The notes beneath the pieces are model-generated. The model was not told where the DNA came from, ran no database searches, and saw nothing but the letters and a program-made list of their open reading frames with translations. A program made the position numbers and the translations under genes. From contig DF237433.1 of assembly GCA_000708835.1 (NCBI GenBank), positions 6,322 through 70,321 of the forward strand: a stretch of DNA of 64,000 nucleotides, read 5' to 3'. Positions 36,614 through 47,592 of the stretch are shown piece after piece (position 1 is the stretch's first letter; each line of letters starts with the position of its first letter). The stretch comes from Klebsormidium nitens (lineage: Eukaryota > Plantae > Klebsormidiophyceae).

Positions 36614-37984
36614 CTACTCGTCCAGATACCGAACCTCAAATTCCACGACGAGGCTGTCGTGTGCTAAGGCCAAAGGCTCGCTAGCCATCTGATGAAGGGT
36701 ATGACCCCAGTCTCTCCACGTATGGCCCCAGCCTTTCTCGCTCCCTTCCGCAGGCGGACGTTCCCAGCTCTCATATTTCTTAAACTTCTCGCACGTGGCC
36801 GTCGACCAGTCTTTTACGATGCTGTTGTCACGCACGAGCACACGACACCTGTACGACAGCTGCGCATCCGCGGGTATATCATCCGAATCTGGTTGGAAGT
36901 ACACCCAAATACCGGACTCGTTGATGTGCAGCTTCATCACGTGACTCTGGGGCGTCACGAAGGGAAGGTTCTGCTTCGAGAAATTCATGACGGACACAAA
37001 GGTGCCCCGGACCGTGAACCCTTGCGAGTCTGCGTTTGAGACCACCACCCCTGGCGTGAGTGCCTCGAGCGCTGACGTCAGCCTTTGCAGATTCCAGAAC
37101 CGCGCCTGCTCCAGCAACTGCGAGTCGCGCTGCTTCGGAACAGCTCCCGTCGTCAGATGCTCCAGAACAGCGGCCCAACGGTCAGGATGGCACGTGACAA
37201 TTGCGCGCCCCGAGTCGTCGCGCGCGTAGTCCCATTCCCCGCAGAACGTCTTGTACAGAAGCGACTCGGGTTCGGAGGCCAGGATGCTCCGCGCGATGGA
37301 CCCTGTCTGGCCGTTGCACGCGAGCACGTAGTGCAGCCTGTCGCCTTCGCGCGCGCGCCGCGCGCTTGCCTCTGCCGCGCCCTTGAGCGCCGCGGTCGCG
37401 TCGCGCGCGATCTCCAGCGCGCTCTCAAGTTCTGCTACTTTGGAAGCCGCCTCGAGCTTCTCCTTCTCCTCGGCGGCGAGCTTCGACTCGAGCGTCTCAA
37501 CCTGCGCTCGAAGGCCGCCTCTCTCCGCTTTTAGCTCGGTCAAGCGCGCGCGCGCGCGCGCCAGCTCTTTCTCCGTCCTCTCCCCGTTCCGCCTCGCAGC
37601 AGCGAGCTCCGTCCGCAGACTGGTGGCCTCCGATTGCACCTCGCCCAGCTGCGCGCGCGCGCGCGCCAGCTCCTCAATGCTCCGCTCTATCTCCTGCATC
37701 TCGTCGTTCAGCTTCCGGCCCAGGGTTCCGATTTCAGCCCAAAGTTTGGTGACCCGATCTGAGCGGGTCTCCACCTGCTTGTGAAGCCGACCATCTCGAA
37801 CTAACGGAGTAGCATCCACCTTCGAGACAGTCGTTAGGAATCGGTCGACATGTGCACTTTCCTCGCCTGCTGGTCCGGATAGGCCACTTGTTGAAGACTT
37901 GGCCGTAGGCGGGACCAGAGCAGAGGTTGACTTTGAAGGGTTGCCTTTCCTCAACCCAAACCAAGTTTTGCTGTGAGGTGCCAT
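36614..37984 (-). CDS. Coiled-coil + BTB/POZ + MATH-like protein, copy 2, intact (456 aa from ATG 37984)
   Basis: Collinear paralogue of copy 1 in convergent orientation, with an open frame throughout. Confidence 0.85.
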   Translation of the reverse strand: MAPHSKTWFGLRKGNPSKSTSALVPPTAKSSTSGLSGPAGEESAHVDRFLTTVSKVDATPLVRDGRLHKQVETRSDRVTKLWAEIGTLGRKLNDEMQEIERSIEELARARAQLGEVQSEATSLRTELAAARRNGERTEKELARARARLTELKAERGGLRAQVETLESKLAAEEKEKLEAASKVAELESALEIARDATAALKGAAEASARRAREGDRLHYVLACNGQTGSIARSILASEPESLLYKTFCGEWDYARDDSGRAIVTCHPDRWAAVLEHLTTGAVPKQRDSQLLEQARFWNLQRLTSALEALTPGVVVSNADSQGFTVRGTFVSVMNFSKQNLPFVTPQSHVMKLHINESGIWVYFQPDSDDIPADAQLSYRCRVLVRDNSIVKDWSTATCEKFKKYESWERPPAEGSEKGWGHTWRDWGHTLHQMASEPLALAHDSLVVEFEVRYLDE

Positions 37985-40096
37985 CTGCAAGGGGATGTAA
38001 ACGAGTGCCCTGGTTAATGTCAGTTTATTCCATGTACATGGTCTTCTCACGTTGAAGGTGAACGCAATATTGCCACTATAAAACTCTGAAAAAGGTTTCT
38101 CGATAACCAGAAGTTTGCAGCCCATCAAGCGGCAGAGCTTTGAACAAAACCATTAAATTGGGTGTCCAGAACTATGATGGGAGCAGCAAAACTTTCTTGG
38201 ATGCTTCTGAATGAACGGGAACGCGGAACTTTTCTCCATCCGATGGAGATCTATTTCATGAACCATTCTAATCAAAGCGTGCTCTTTTTCCAAAAGCAGC
38301 GTGCGTAAGCTCACTGCGTAAGCTAGAGAAGGCTCTCGTGATCAAGCCGATTCTGAAGGTTTTTGACATTGCCACATCTCTAGTCGGTTGATTCTTCAAA
38401 AAGGTGCCGCCAACCCTGCGTCTTTTCAATCAAAATATCAACTCCAGGCTCAAAAGGAGATTTCAAGCACAGTGTTCTGACATACCTTGCATTCCACGCG
38501 GTCAGGAGATTCGCTTCCGCTGAACGGGTCAAAAGCAGCGCTTGTTTACTTTCAAAGCCATTCGTCACACGTGAAACGAGAGCTGCGCGGTATCCCTCTA
38601 GGTTGGTGACTCAAAGGAGCCCGACAAAAGTAGAAATTCCCGATGAGGAGCAGGCTTTTGCCGGCCTCGCGAACCCCTGCCGCGGCCGGGGGCCAAAAGA
38701 GCCGTGCATGCGCCTCGGCGGCGCCGTGGAAAGCGAAAAGGCTGAGAGAGCATACGGCCAAATCCCGACCGTCGATGCCACATGGCTTGGAGTCGGTAAA
38801 GACGGACAAGATTGTTCCACATCGGCGCTGCTAGGGGTCAATCATTGTCACTGACGTCTAGCATCACATCAGGACAATGGAAGCGCGTGAGAGCCGGCCG
38901 CGCCGTCCGCAGAGCGCGGCCGCCTGTACGTCGGCCTGGGGCTTGTCCCCATGGCTACCACGGCGCTAATGACCACTGGAATTCCGTCGCCAGTAACGCC
39001 ACCCTAGTGCGGGTGAAGCGCAGAGGTGCAATTGAGCTCCGGCTGTCTTCGAACCCGGCAAGGAGCACACCCATTGCATCCGATGGTTACAACAAGCCCA
39101 ATTCAGAGCGGTCACCCAAGACCGTGCTTGAAGGACAATTTGTAGCCCTGAATAGTAGCGTAGATATGATTCCGCGCGCATCAGAGCAACAGACAAACCC
39201 CTGTAAAAGGCAGGCTCAGACAGCCATCGCGAACTGCCTTTTCGCGCCTTCCCGGTGGCGGTGAGGCGACCGGTGTTAAGAGCAAAAGTCTTTTACATAT
39301 TGTGCAGGCGCCCATAAACCGCAGATACAGTCACCAACTGAGCCAAACAAATCATGTATCGCGCGCTACCTTATCCGCGTCCGTCAAAGAACAGGCACAG
39401 AAGCGCGCATGCAAAGAGGAACTTATGAGACAGATGAGAGGCCGTGCAAAACGCTGTTTGCAGTATGCCATGTAAGAAGCGGGTAGGCCGGATTAGACAC
39501 GCTTCCTACGTCTCATTATTCAACTGCGACTGCTGCAGAAAAGCATGCAAGACTAATTTTATCCGATACCAAAAATCGCAGCGGTCATAAGAGGCAGCTT
39601 CGGCTGTGTGCACGAGTCAAACAAACTGGAAGATGCAAGCGCGTAGGCGACAGAAACCGTTGCAGCTCCAAATGTAGCTCCATCAAACGAGAACTTACGT
39701 TTTACTTTGATCCTCGTATGACTATTTATCTGATGCAGGAATGTTATGAAATGTATGAGCGGAGTAAAACATCTTAAAGAGCACATACGTCCGATCTGAC
39801 AAAGAAGCCTCTCCTAAGGCACATGCCAATGCAGATTCCTCAATAATGAGTCAGATTCACAGAGGATGCGCGTCGAGCTCAAGTAAACAGACGCGGGCAT
39901 AAGCTGAAGGAACCTTCCCTTTGATTTGTGTCGCGAAGTATGTCGCACAAACGGGGCACTTCTAAGTTCTTTCTCATCACAAAATCCTGCGCATCCTGAG
40001 AAACTGATATCACCGATCTTTTGTAATCTCTTGGACGTGGTTCCCCTTTCATACAAGTAACCAAATCCCCACTGCCTCAGGATCTCTTCTGAACTA

Positions 40097-41245
40097 TTAT
40101 CTCTGAGCTGTACTCCTGAAACCGGGCTCCCAAGGAGCGTGTGAACTCAAGGCTTTTGCATGTACATCCCCAAAAACTATGCTAAGACCCACGACCAGTA
40201 CTCCGGTCAATATCATACTGAGAACGGTGTACAACTTAAAGAACGTTGGGTCCGAAGCTTTGCTAGATGCGTCTGATTCTTCCAACGAGATACGTTGGCC
40301 CCTATACGGGTCCGGAAGCCAGGTACAGCCGCCTTGAACGCCCACGTAAAAGCTGAAGCTCATGTAATATTCGCACAATTCCAGTTGTTCGCTCCCGTTT
40401 GTTGTTTCCATAAGGTATTGGTTCAACCCTTGAGAAGGGTCCGGAAGACTCACCGGTCCCAGGTTCTTCAGTTTGGGCCCTGTGGTCAGAAACTGATTGT
40501 CGCACTGTACGCGAAGAAACATTCTGGAACAGTCATGAGAATGAGAAAGTACGGTATCACCGTCTGGGACATTACGCTTATGCGATGCCAGAACGGTACT
40601 AGACTAAGGCTTTCGCTTGTAACCTGATCTTCCAGGTTTCCCGTAGAAACCTCTGCTCCCGGCCAAGTTTCTGAACCCGGAACGGCGAACCCAGATTTTA
40701 TGGTTACCAAGTCGTTTGCAAAAGCTTTCAACGGCAACAGAGTCTTTGGCCAGCTGAGGTTGTTCCACGTAGTCTGAAGGAATCTCACGATTTCGATGCA
40801 CGCGGCGATTGGGACTAGGACCGTCCAGCTCAAGATCCCTATAGCCAGCAAGGAGCCTCCTATGAGAAGACTGATGTAAGCCCAAGTGAACAAAGCCCAA
40901 AACGCTACCGCTGAGCCAATACGAGATGGACGCACGGCTGCTATTACGGGCGGCGGAGGGTAGTCCGAAGCGCAGTTGGTCTTGGGCGCTTCCACTTGGT
41001 AGAAATCCAGAAAGGGTGCCCGCTTCAGGGTGCCGGCACTTCACGACTTGGAGGAGGCGGGTATTTTTTGCTCCAAACACGGGGTTCGTTAGAGAGGACT
41101 TGTTGCGAAGGAATTCGTTTACCAAGTTAGGCTCTGGAAGCGACAGGCGCAGAAAAGTCTCGTCATTCGTTGCTTGAACAACTCGGCTGACCGAGAGGAG
41201 GCATGTTACAACAAAGCCAAGTGCCAGAATCCCCCTTCCTGCCAT
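40097..41245 (-). pseudogene. Unknown multipass membrane protein, copy A, two frameshifts
   Basis: Homology to copy C passes through ORFs 40604..41284, 40486..40995 and 40097..40522. Shifts near 41025 and 40495. Confidence 0.8.
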
Positions 41246-42263
41246 TTTTCCTGAGTCTCTGCCCTTCGCAGTCTTGCCGTGCACAAAGCGCGCCGGTTAT
41301 TGACCACTTGCAGTTCTGAACAAAAGAGCCTCCTCTCACAGCAAAGCGCACAAGCCTTGAGTCTGAGGCGGTCTCCTTTCACTTGATCTGGAGCCGCTGA
41401 AGGCAGCCGCGTGGCGCGACGCCATTTGTAAGCGCGCCCCGGCTTTGGTCGCGGCCGCGCGCCGAGAACGCTGAGCTGAGCGGCTCCGAATCTAGGCGGG
41501 CGCAGCGCGCGCATCGCAGGCCGACGACTACTGAAGCAGTGCGCGCGCCCGAGCACGCAAAAACGTGGCAATTGGTTTGTTTTCAGTGTAGCAATTCAAA
41601 GGTTTCGGATCCAAGTCGACAGAGGGCTGTTCAACGGTTGTGCGATTTCGCCACCACACAATCTGTTTGAAAGCATCGTATAACGGAGATTAAAAGATCA
41701 AGAGAGGGTTCGGTAAACCTGTTACAATCCATAAGTTTCTTGAACCCTAGACGAGCGGGGTGGATATACTCGAGCCCATGAGCGCCGACAAAGTAAAAAC
41801 AGCTTGTCAGCAAGGGAAGAAGCTCGTTTCCATTTAAGCAGCGTAGAGGACTTGCATTTAAGCAGCGTAGAGGACGAACATGTCTAAACAAGATAAAGAC
41901 CTATGATTCTATTTGCATACCGCACAAAAGTACTATTCGAGAGCAAGTACCACGGAAGTGATACAGCCTCTTGAAGGCAAGCGTCAAAGAAGAAACTGAT
42001 ACATAAGGACGTTCTTCAGAGCATTGGAATTTATAAGTCTGCATCAATTCACTTTCGGAGACAGTGTTTGGGACGAAGCGGTCGATCTGGAGACGATGTC
42101 GAGGTACCTTTCTCGCTGTCTAAAAAGACCGTTCCATCCTATCTCTGACTTAACGGAGCGTTATTACATCATCATGAAAAAAAGATTACAAAGTACCGTA
42201 AGGCCTAGCTACATACCCACTTCCTGAGATCCTGAATTGTTTTGAGAGAGGTCACGTCGCTAT

Positions 42264-43382
42264 CTACACAGCTACTGATAGATCAGCTTCCGAACCGCTC
42301 AGTTTGCCTGCGCAAGCCAGCAAAACAAGCATCACGAGCATTAGCCCGGTCATTGCCATGCTAGCCAAAGTGTAGCCCACGCTATTTGACTCCGTCGGAT
42401 CTTTAGTAGACACCTGTAGCTCCTTCAAAGCGACCCGTTGCCAGCTGTACGGATCCGGACGCCAAGCACAGCCGCCAGGAACACCCACGTAAAAGTTATA
42501 GCTCATCCTTTCGCAGAGCTCCAGTTGGATGCCTGCGGTCTTTTCTTCCAGGTATTGATTCAGCCCGTGAGAGGGGTCGGGAAGAGGCACCGGTCCCAAG
42601 TCTTCGACTTTGGTCGCTTTGGTCAGAAGGTCTTTCGCCGCACGGTAAGCTACGAAAGGTGCCAGGAAGAGAATAACGAGGAACAAGTATGGCGCCACCG
42701 GATAGAGGATCTTTTGTACGCGTTCGGCCAACCATACTCGAAAATCTACTCCGTTTATGGTCACGCTCTGATCGTGTTCTTCTCGAGACCCAGTAGCGGA
42801 TTTTGCGGACCCAGTCTCTATATTTGTCAGTTTTTGGGTGCTTGATTCCACGGGCACCCTAGCTTTTGGCCAGAGCTTGAATTTAATCCACTCAAGAAGA
42901 AGTTGGAGAATACAATAGATGAACAACCCCGCGATAAGAGAGACGTACACCGTCAAAACAAGGAAGTATCCAACCAAGGCAGAGCCTCCTATGACGAGAC
43001 TTATGTAAGCTAAGGTGAACAAAGCCCAAAAGACTATCCCCGAGGCGGCCATACGAGATGGGTGCGCGACTGTTATCACGGGAGGGGGGTACTCCGAGTC
43101 GCAGCTGCTGTTGGGTGCTTGCACTTGGTAGAACTCAAAAAAGGGCTCCCACTTTCGTTGGCACTTTACGACCTGGACAGGCCGGCTGTCGTTACCGCCA
43201 AACAGGGGGTTTCACTGAGAAGAGCTTTCCCGGAGGAAGGCGTTTACCAAGTCCGGTTCTGGAAGCGACAGGCACAGACAAGCTCTCCCAGTGCAAGAAG
43301 CCGATGCTTGAACAAAGCGGTCCGCCGACAGCAGAAGGCATGCCAGGACCAAGGCAAACGCTGAACTCCATTTTGCCGCCAT
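42264..43382 (-). pseudogene. Unknown multipass membrane protein, copy B, in-frame TGA at 43212-43214
   Basis: From ATG 43382: MAAKWSSAFALVLACLLL...LSLPEPDLVNAFLRESSSQ*NPLFGGND...QVVKCQRKWEPFFEFYQVQAP, continuous with ORF 42264..43124. Confidence 0.8.
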
Positions 43383-44596
43383 CTTTTAGCCTTCACTCTC
43401 AGCAATCCGGCAATAGGTTGTGCTCCCAGTTGCTAGTCCCGAAAATGTTCACTGAATGCGCCACTCGTTTTACAGCAAAAGCGCGCAAACCTTGACGTTG
43501 AGAAGTAGAAGCGAAGCCCGAGGGGTCACGTTTGTTCAGGGGTAGCCGTGCGGCCCGGCCGCGGCGCGCAAGCCGCACGGGAAGATTGCCGGCGGCCGCA
43601 CGCCGCGAATGTTCAGAGCGATCGTGACCGATGCGAATGCTCAGCGCTGAACGCGCGCGGCGCGCCGCAGCCAACGCATATCAGGCGGCCGCGCGCTCGG
43701 GCACTCGGAATCACGCGGGGATCAACCGAGATGCGTGCAACTCGTGCAAGGTGGGCGCCGCGCACGGCCACTCTTCGTGCGGCCACTGAGAGCACTCCCG
43801 GCACCAACCGACCGCGCGCGCACACGACCTGCGCCGCTGCCGAGCCGCGCCCCGCCGCAATAGCGGTCCAGTTTGACCGCCCGACCAACGACTCTCCCGC
43901 AGTCCGGAACGTGCTTTCAGATCGCGCCATTTCCACTTCGAGACACCGCTTGGCTTGAGAGGTTTGATGAACTTGAGCGTGACTTCTATAAGTCGGTACC
44001 CCTTCTCATCATCGCCAAACTTAAGCTTTCAGTAAGGCAGCGCGCACGCAGAGCCCACGTCCCAGTCGCCAAGCGACTGCGCTGGTGGGCCCCGGCGCCG
44101 CTATGTCGCCCATGCATGGCAAATTCGGCCCAGTCCGACCGCCCGAACAAAAGCGTTCCACAGCCTGAATGGCACCTCAGGTGCAGTTTAGAATACAAGT
44201 GGTACACGGCTTGGCTTCAGAAGGTCTTGAAGGTACCCAGCAATGAAGGTTTCTAGTCAGCACCACTACTAATTGATCTTTGCCACTGCCCTAACATAAC
44301 CAAGCTGCTTCGTCTCGGAAAGGCCGTTACATGGTACGCCTTGCCACTCGGGAGACTTGGGAGAAAGCTGCTGCTCGACAGTCAGAATGTTCATCTGACC
44401 GTAGGACGCCTCGAGCGCTGTTACGGCAGTGCTTCTGAGTTTAGCGTCAGTTCCGACTACGCTGACGAATCTGCAGAAACGTTTCGAAAGATGATGCCTA
44501 TGATTTTGGTGGTCGCTTTGGCCAGACCTGCCCATCCCAAAGTTCTAAACAGGCGACAAATTCGCATATTGCTTCTAAAACAAGATCTCAAACGCT

Positions 44597-44783
44597 GATC
44601 ACCATAAATGATAGCCCGGTTTAAGATCTTTGTGAGGCCACTTCGATCCTCAACCTATCCAGCTTTTCAGGCCATTTTGGTCTTAACGTTGTGCCAGACC
44701 ATTTTGATCTTAAAAGCTGAATTTCTGAGATCAAAACGGCCTCAGCAAACGATCTTAATCCGGGTATGATTTATAGTGCGATC
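44597..44783. mobile_element. Foldback, MITE-like imperfect palindrome (~187 bp)
   Basis: CATAAATGATAGCCCGGTTTAAGATCTTTGTGAGGCC pairs with GGCCTCAGCAAACGATCTTAATCCGGGTATGATTTATA. Inner arms also pair around TTAACGTT. No clear TSD. Confidence 0.55.
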
Positions 44784-45650
44784 CACGAGTCCAGGAGAGG
44801 AGTTGGCCCAACCAGATATATAAAGCACGGCAACGTGCAGGAGAACTAGTCGCAATATAATGATCTAAGCTGCGCTCACGTGAGCTGCTCGCACTGCCAA
44901 GCAACCATTAGCTTTGATACGACCGCGGCCACGAACGAGTCCACGGTGTTAGAGACTTCTCACAAACGGGTCGACCTTCCTTAGCTTCGCGCGTTAAAGC
45001 TTCGACCGCGGAAAACAGTACGCAGCAGATTTCCTTGCTGCTACATGAAACCTGCACAGTCGCGGCCTCCTTATGAGTAGCAAAGTTGAGTCGTGTTGTG
45101 TCTTTCATACGAGGCGGAGCATGTTTCAAGGGCGTTTCGGAGGTTATACATCACAAAGTATGGTTGCATGTACTTCAAACACTTTAGCGTCTGAAATTTC
45201 GACTGATACTCTTCATGCGATTGACACGCTTCATCCGGTTCATACACATATTATGACTACGACGAAGGTCATTGAGAAGACCCCGAGTCGCTGTCTTTGA
45301 TATTAGTAAGACCGGCAGCCTTCTTGATTACATTCGTGTGTGGCCTATCTCGCAAGCGACAAGCATGCTAAACATGCAAATACATGGGCGATATATGCAA
45401 TAGCATCTTGAGATTTTGCGACATCAAAGCAGGCAGATGAGCAACTTTCAAATTTGATGCAAAAACCCTGTGAGCGCAAGGAACACAAAGCAAGACAACG
45501 GACTTCCGAAACGATTTTCAGTGACTCACTTTCTTGAAGGGTTCTCCATGCTGAATTATGATCGAGTTCTACAAAACTTTGCAACAAGCTCATTATCGAA
45601 GAGGTTTGCGACCAAAGCGGTCAGGCCGGCCTATGTCAAGCGTACCTTTC

Positions 45651-46904
45651 TCACGGGACTCTGTTATCTGTTTCTGGAAGACCGGGACACTTCTCTCTTT
45701 CTCTGGTTCCTACAGTAATCCGCATAAGACAACAACCAGATCCTGGTATCCGGGTTGTCTTATTGTGAGCTCTACTTGTCGCCTTGAGGCTGGCTGGCCG
45801 TTCACTCTGATATACCAGGCGTCTCCGTAACCAACAAGCCGCTATGGCAAAGAACACAACCATGAATCCTGTCAGTACCATGCTGAGAACGGTGGAAACC
45901 ATAGCGAGTGACTCAAAGTGTCTGTTAGCCACGTACAGCTCAAGTTCCTCCAAGGGAACACGTCGGCCTCCGTAAGGATCCGGCAGCCAGGCACAGCCAC
46001 CAGAGACGCCCACGTAAAAGTTGAAGTCCACTGATTGGCACAGCTCCAACCGGGCAGTCGCGTTTGCAGCTTCCAGGTACTGATTCAGCCCGTGAGCGGG
46101 GTTGGGAAGGGTTACCGGTCCCGAGTTTTCAACCTTGGGCCAGACCGTTAGCAGTTCTTTGGTTGCACTGTAAGCTATGAACGGTGCCAGGAAAACCATA
46201 AGGAGGAACACGGATACTATGACCAGCTCCCAGATCGCTTTCACACGATCCGAAAACTTTAAATCTCTGCTGACCCTTACACCGTTTGCCTGTTCCTCCA
46301 GAGCCCCTAAAGAAAAAGCTGACCTCAAATTGGCAAAGACAGGTGTCTCAGGATCCAAGGAAGCCATATCGTCTGTACTTGGATTCTTGCGCACCCTACT
46401 CTTTGCGCCAAATCTGCTCCATTCACTTCTGAGGTATGAAACGAAGTGAAGGCACGCGGCAAGAGGGACAATCACCGTCAGAGTGAGTATTTGCGTGACC
46501 AAGATGGAGCCTCCTGTTACGAGACTAAAGTAAGACCAAGTGAACAAAGCCCAAAACCCTATGCTCGAACCCGCCAGATGAGTTGAGCCCACAAGCGTCA
46601 GTAGGGGAGGGGGAGGGTACTCCAAATCGCAGCTGCTGTTGGGCGCTTGTACTTGGTAGAACTCCAGAAAGAGTTCCCACTTTCGCTGGCACTTCACGAC
46701 CTGGAGGGGGTGGGTGTTGTTACTTCCAAACAGGGGGTTTGTAAGAGAGGAGTTGCTGCGCAGGAAGGCGTTCACCAAGTCTGGCTCCGGAAGTGACAGG
46801 CACTGGCGCAGACAAGCTCCTCCAGGGGGGCAAGCCAACGCTTGAACAAAGCAGACGACGCAGGCTAGGACCAGCCAGAAGGTTAGCACCCTGTTTCCAG
46901 CCAT
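45651..46904 (-). CDS. Unknown signal-peptide multipass membrane protein, copy C, intact (417 aa)
   Basis: Signal peptide, Cys-containing domain (CLSLPEPDLVNAFL...VVKCQRKWELFLEFYQV...SCDLEYPPPP), 3 hydrophobic segments, second Cys loop (LELC...FYVGVSGGCAWLPDPY), final TM. Confidence 0.8.
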   Translation of the reverse strand: MAGNRVLTFWLVLACVVCFVQALACPPGGACLRQCLSLPEPDLVNAFLRSNSSLTNPLFGSNNTHPLQVVKCQRKWELFLEFYQVQAPNSSCDLEYPPPPLLTLVGSTHLAGSSIGFWALFTWSYFSLVTGGSILVTQILTLTVIVPLAACLHFVSYLRSEWSRFGAKSRVRKNPSTDDMASLDPETPVFANLRSAFSLGALEEQANGVRVSRDLKFSDRVKAIWELVIVSVFLLMVFLAPFIAYSATKELLTVWPKVENSGPVTLPNPAHGLNQYLEAANATARLELCQSVDFNFYVGVSGGCAWLPDPYGGRRVPLEELELYVANRHFESLAMVSTVLSMVLTGFMVVFFAIAACWLRRRLVYQSERPASLKATSRAHNKTTRIPGSGCCLMRITVGTREREKCPGLPETDNRVP

Positions 46905-47192
46905 CTTTCACGCCTCCACTTTTTGCAATCTAGAGAGGAGAGGAGGGCAGCAGCCGAACACTCGCTTGCTGCTCACAGAGCCTGACAAAAGCTCCACCTC
47001 TTACAAGTGAAAGGACAAGCGCGCAAGCCTTGACGTTGACTCAACGGTTGAGTGCCACTTTGTTTTGTTCATTTGATCGAGGCGCCGTCGCTAGGGGCGG
47101 CCGCGCCGGGCGGGGCCTCGACGGGCTCCGGGTTTGGACGGTCACTGCCGTGCGCGACGCGTTTGAAGCGCGCGCGTGCATTGAATGTTACC

Positions 47193-47229
47193 CAGTTGGC
47201 GCGACCTTGCATTCCCACCCAACCCAGCC
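47193..47229 (+). promoter_or_regulatory. 37-bp element identical to 55408-55444, upstream of polyprotein gene copy 1
   Basis: CAGTTGGCGCGACCTTGCATTCCCACCCAACCCAGCC is an exact match, followed by shared GCATAGGCTATG and CCGTTACC blocks. Confidence 0.6.
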
Positions 47230-47592
47230 GGGCACGTCTACCGGGCGCCCCGAAACCAACACCGTCTAGCATAGGCTATGAGCCAAAAGGGGCCCGGCGG
47301 GCTCACGCCATTCCGTTACCAAGCACTCAACAGACCATTCCCATCAGAAGGTTAACTTTGACATGATCCCCAGCATATGGAAGCTCTTCAAGAACGGGCA
47401 CAACTGAGCGGCTCTGGCTAAAGAAAAAGGGGACGCCTGTTTAGAGGAGTGCTTGCTAAGTTCTTCATGAGTGCGCACTGATAGGAGTGCATATCCAGCG
47501 AAGGTGCAAAGGTATCAGAAGTTGTGCATGCGGATGTTCTCAGATGACGGACTAGTCTTGGGTACAAAAGCTGGTCATCCAATCGTGTCGTG

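Noticed and set aside
38380-38841. Two in-frame minus-strand ORFs separated by one TGA (GLL*VTNLEGYRAALV...)
   Set aside because: Possibly a pseudogene, but there is no recognisable motif or paralogue to support a call.
773-43382. Alternative genetic code suggested by several single in-frame TGA/TAG codons
   Set aside because: The BTB paralogues end at homologous positions with TGA (35300-35302) and TAG (36614-36616), so both are real stops. The internal ones are better read as nonsense mutations.
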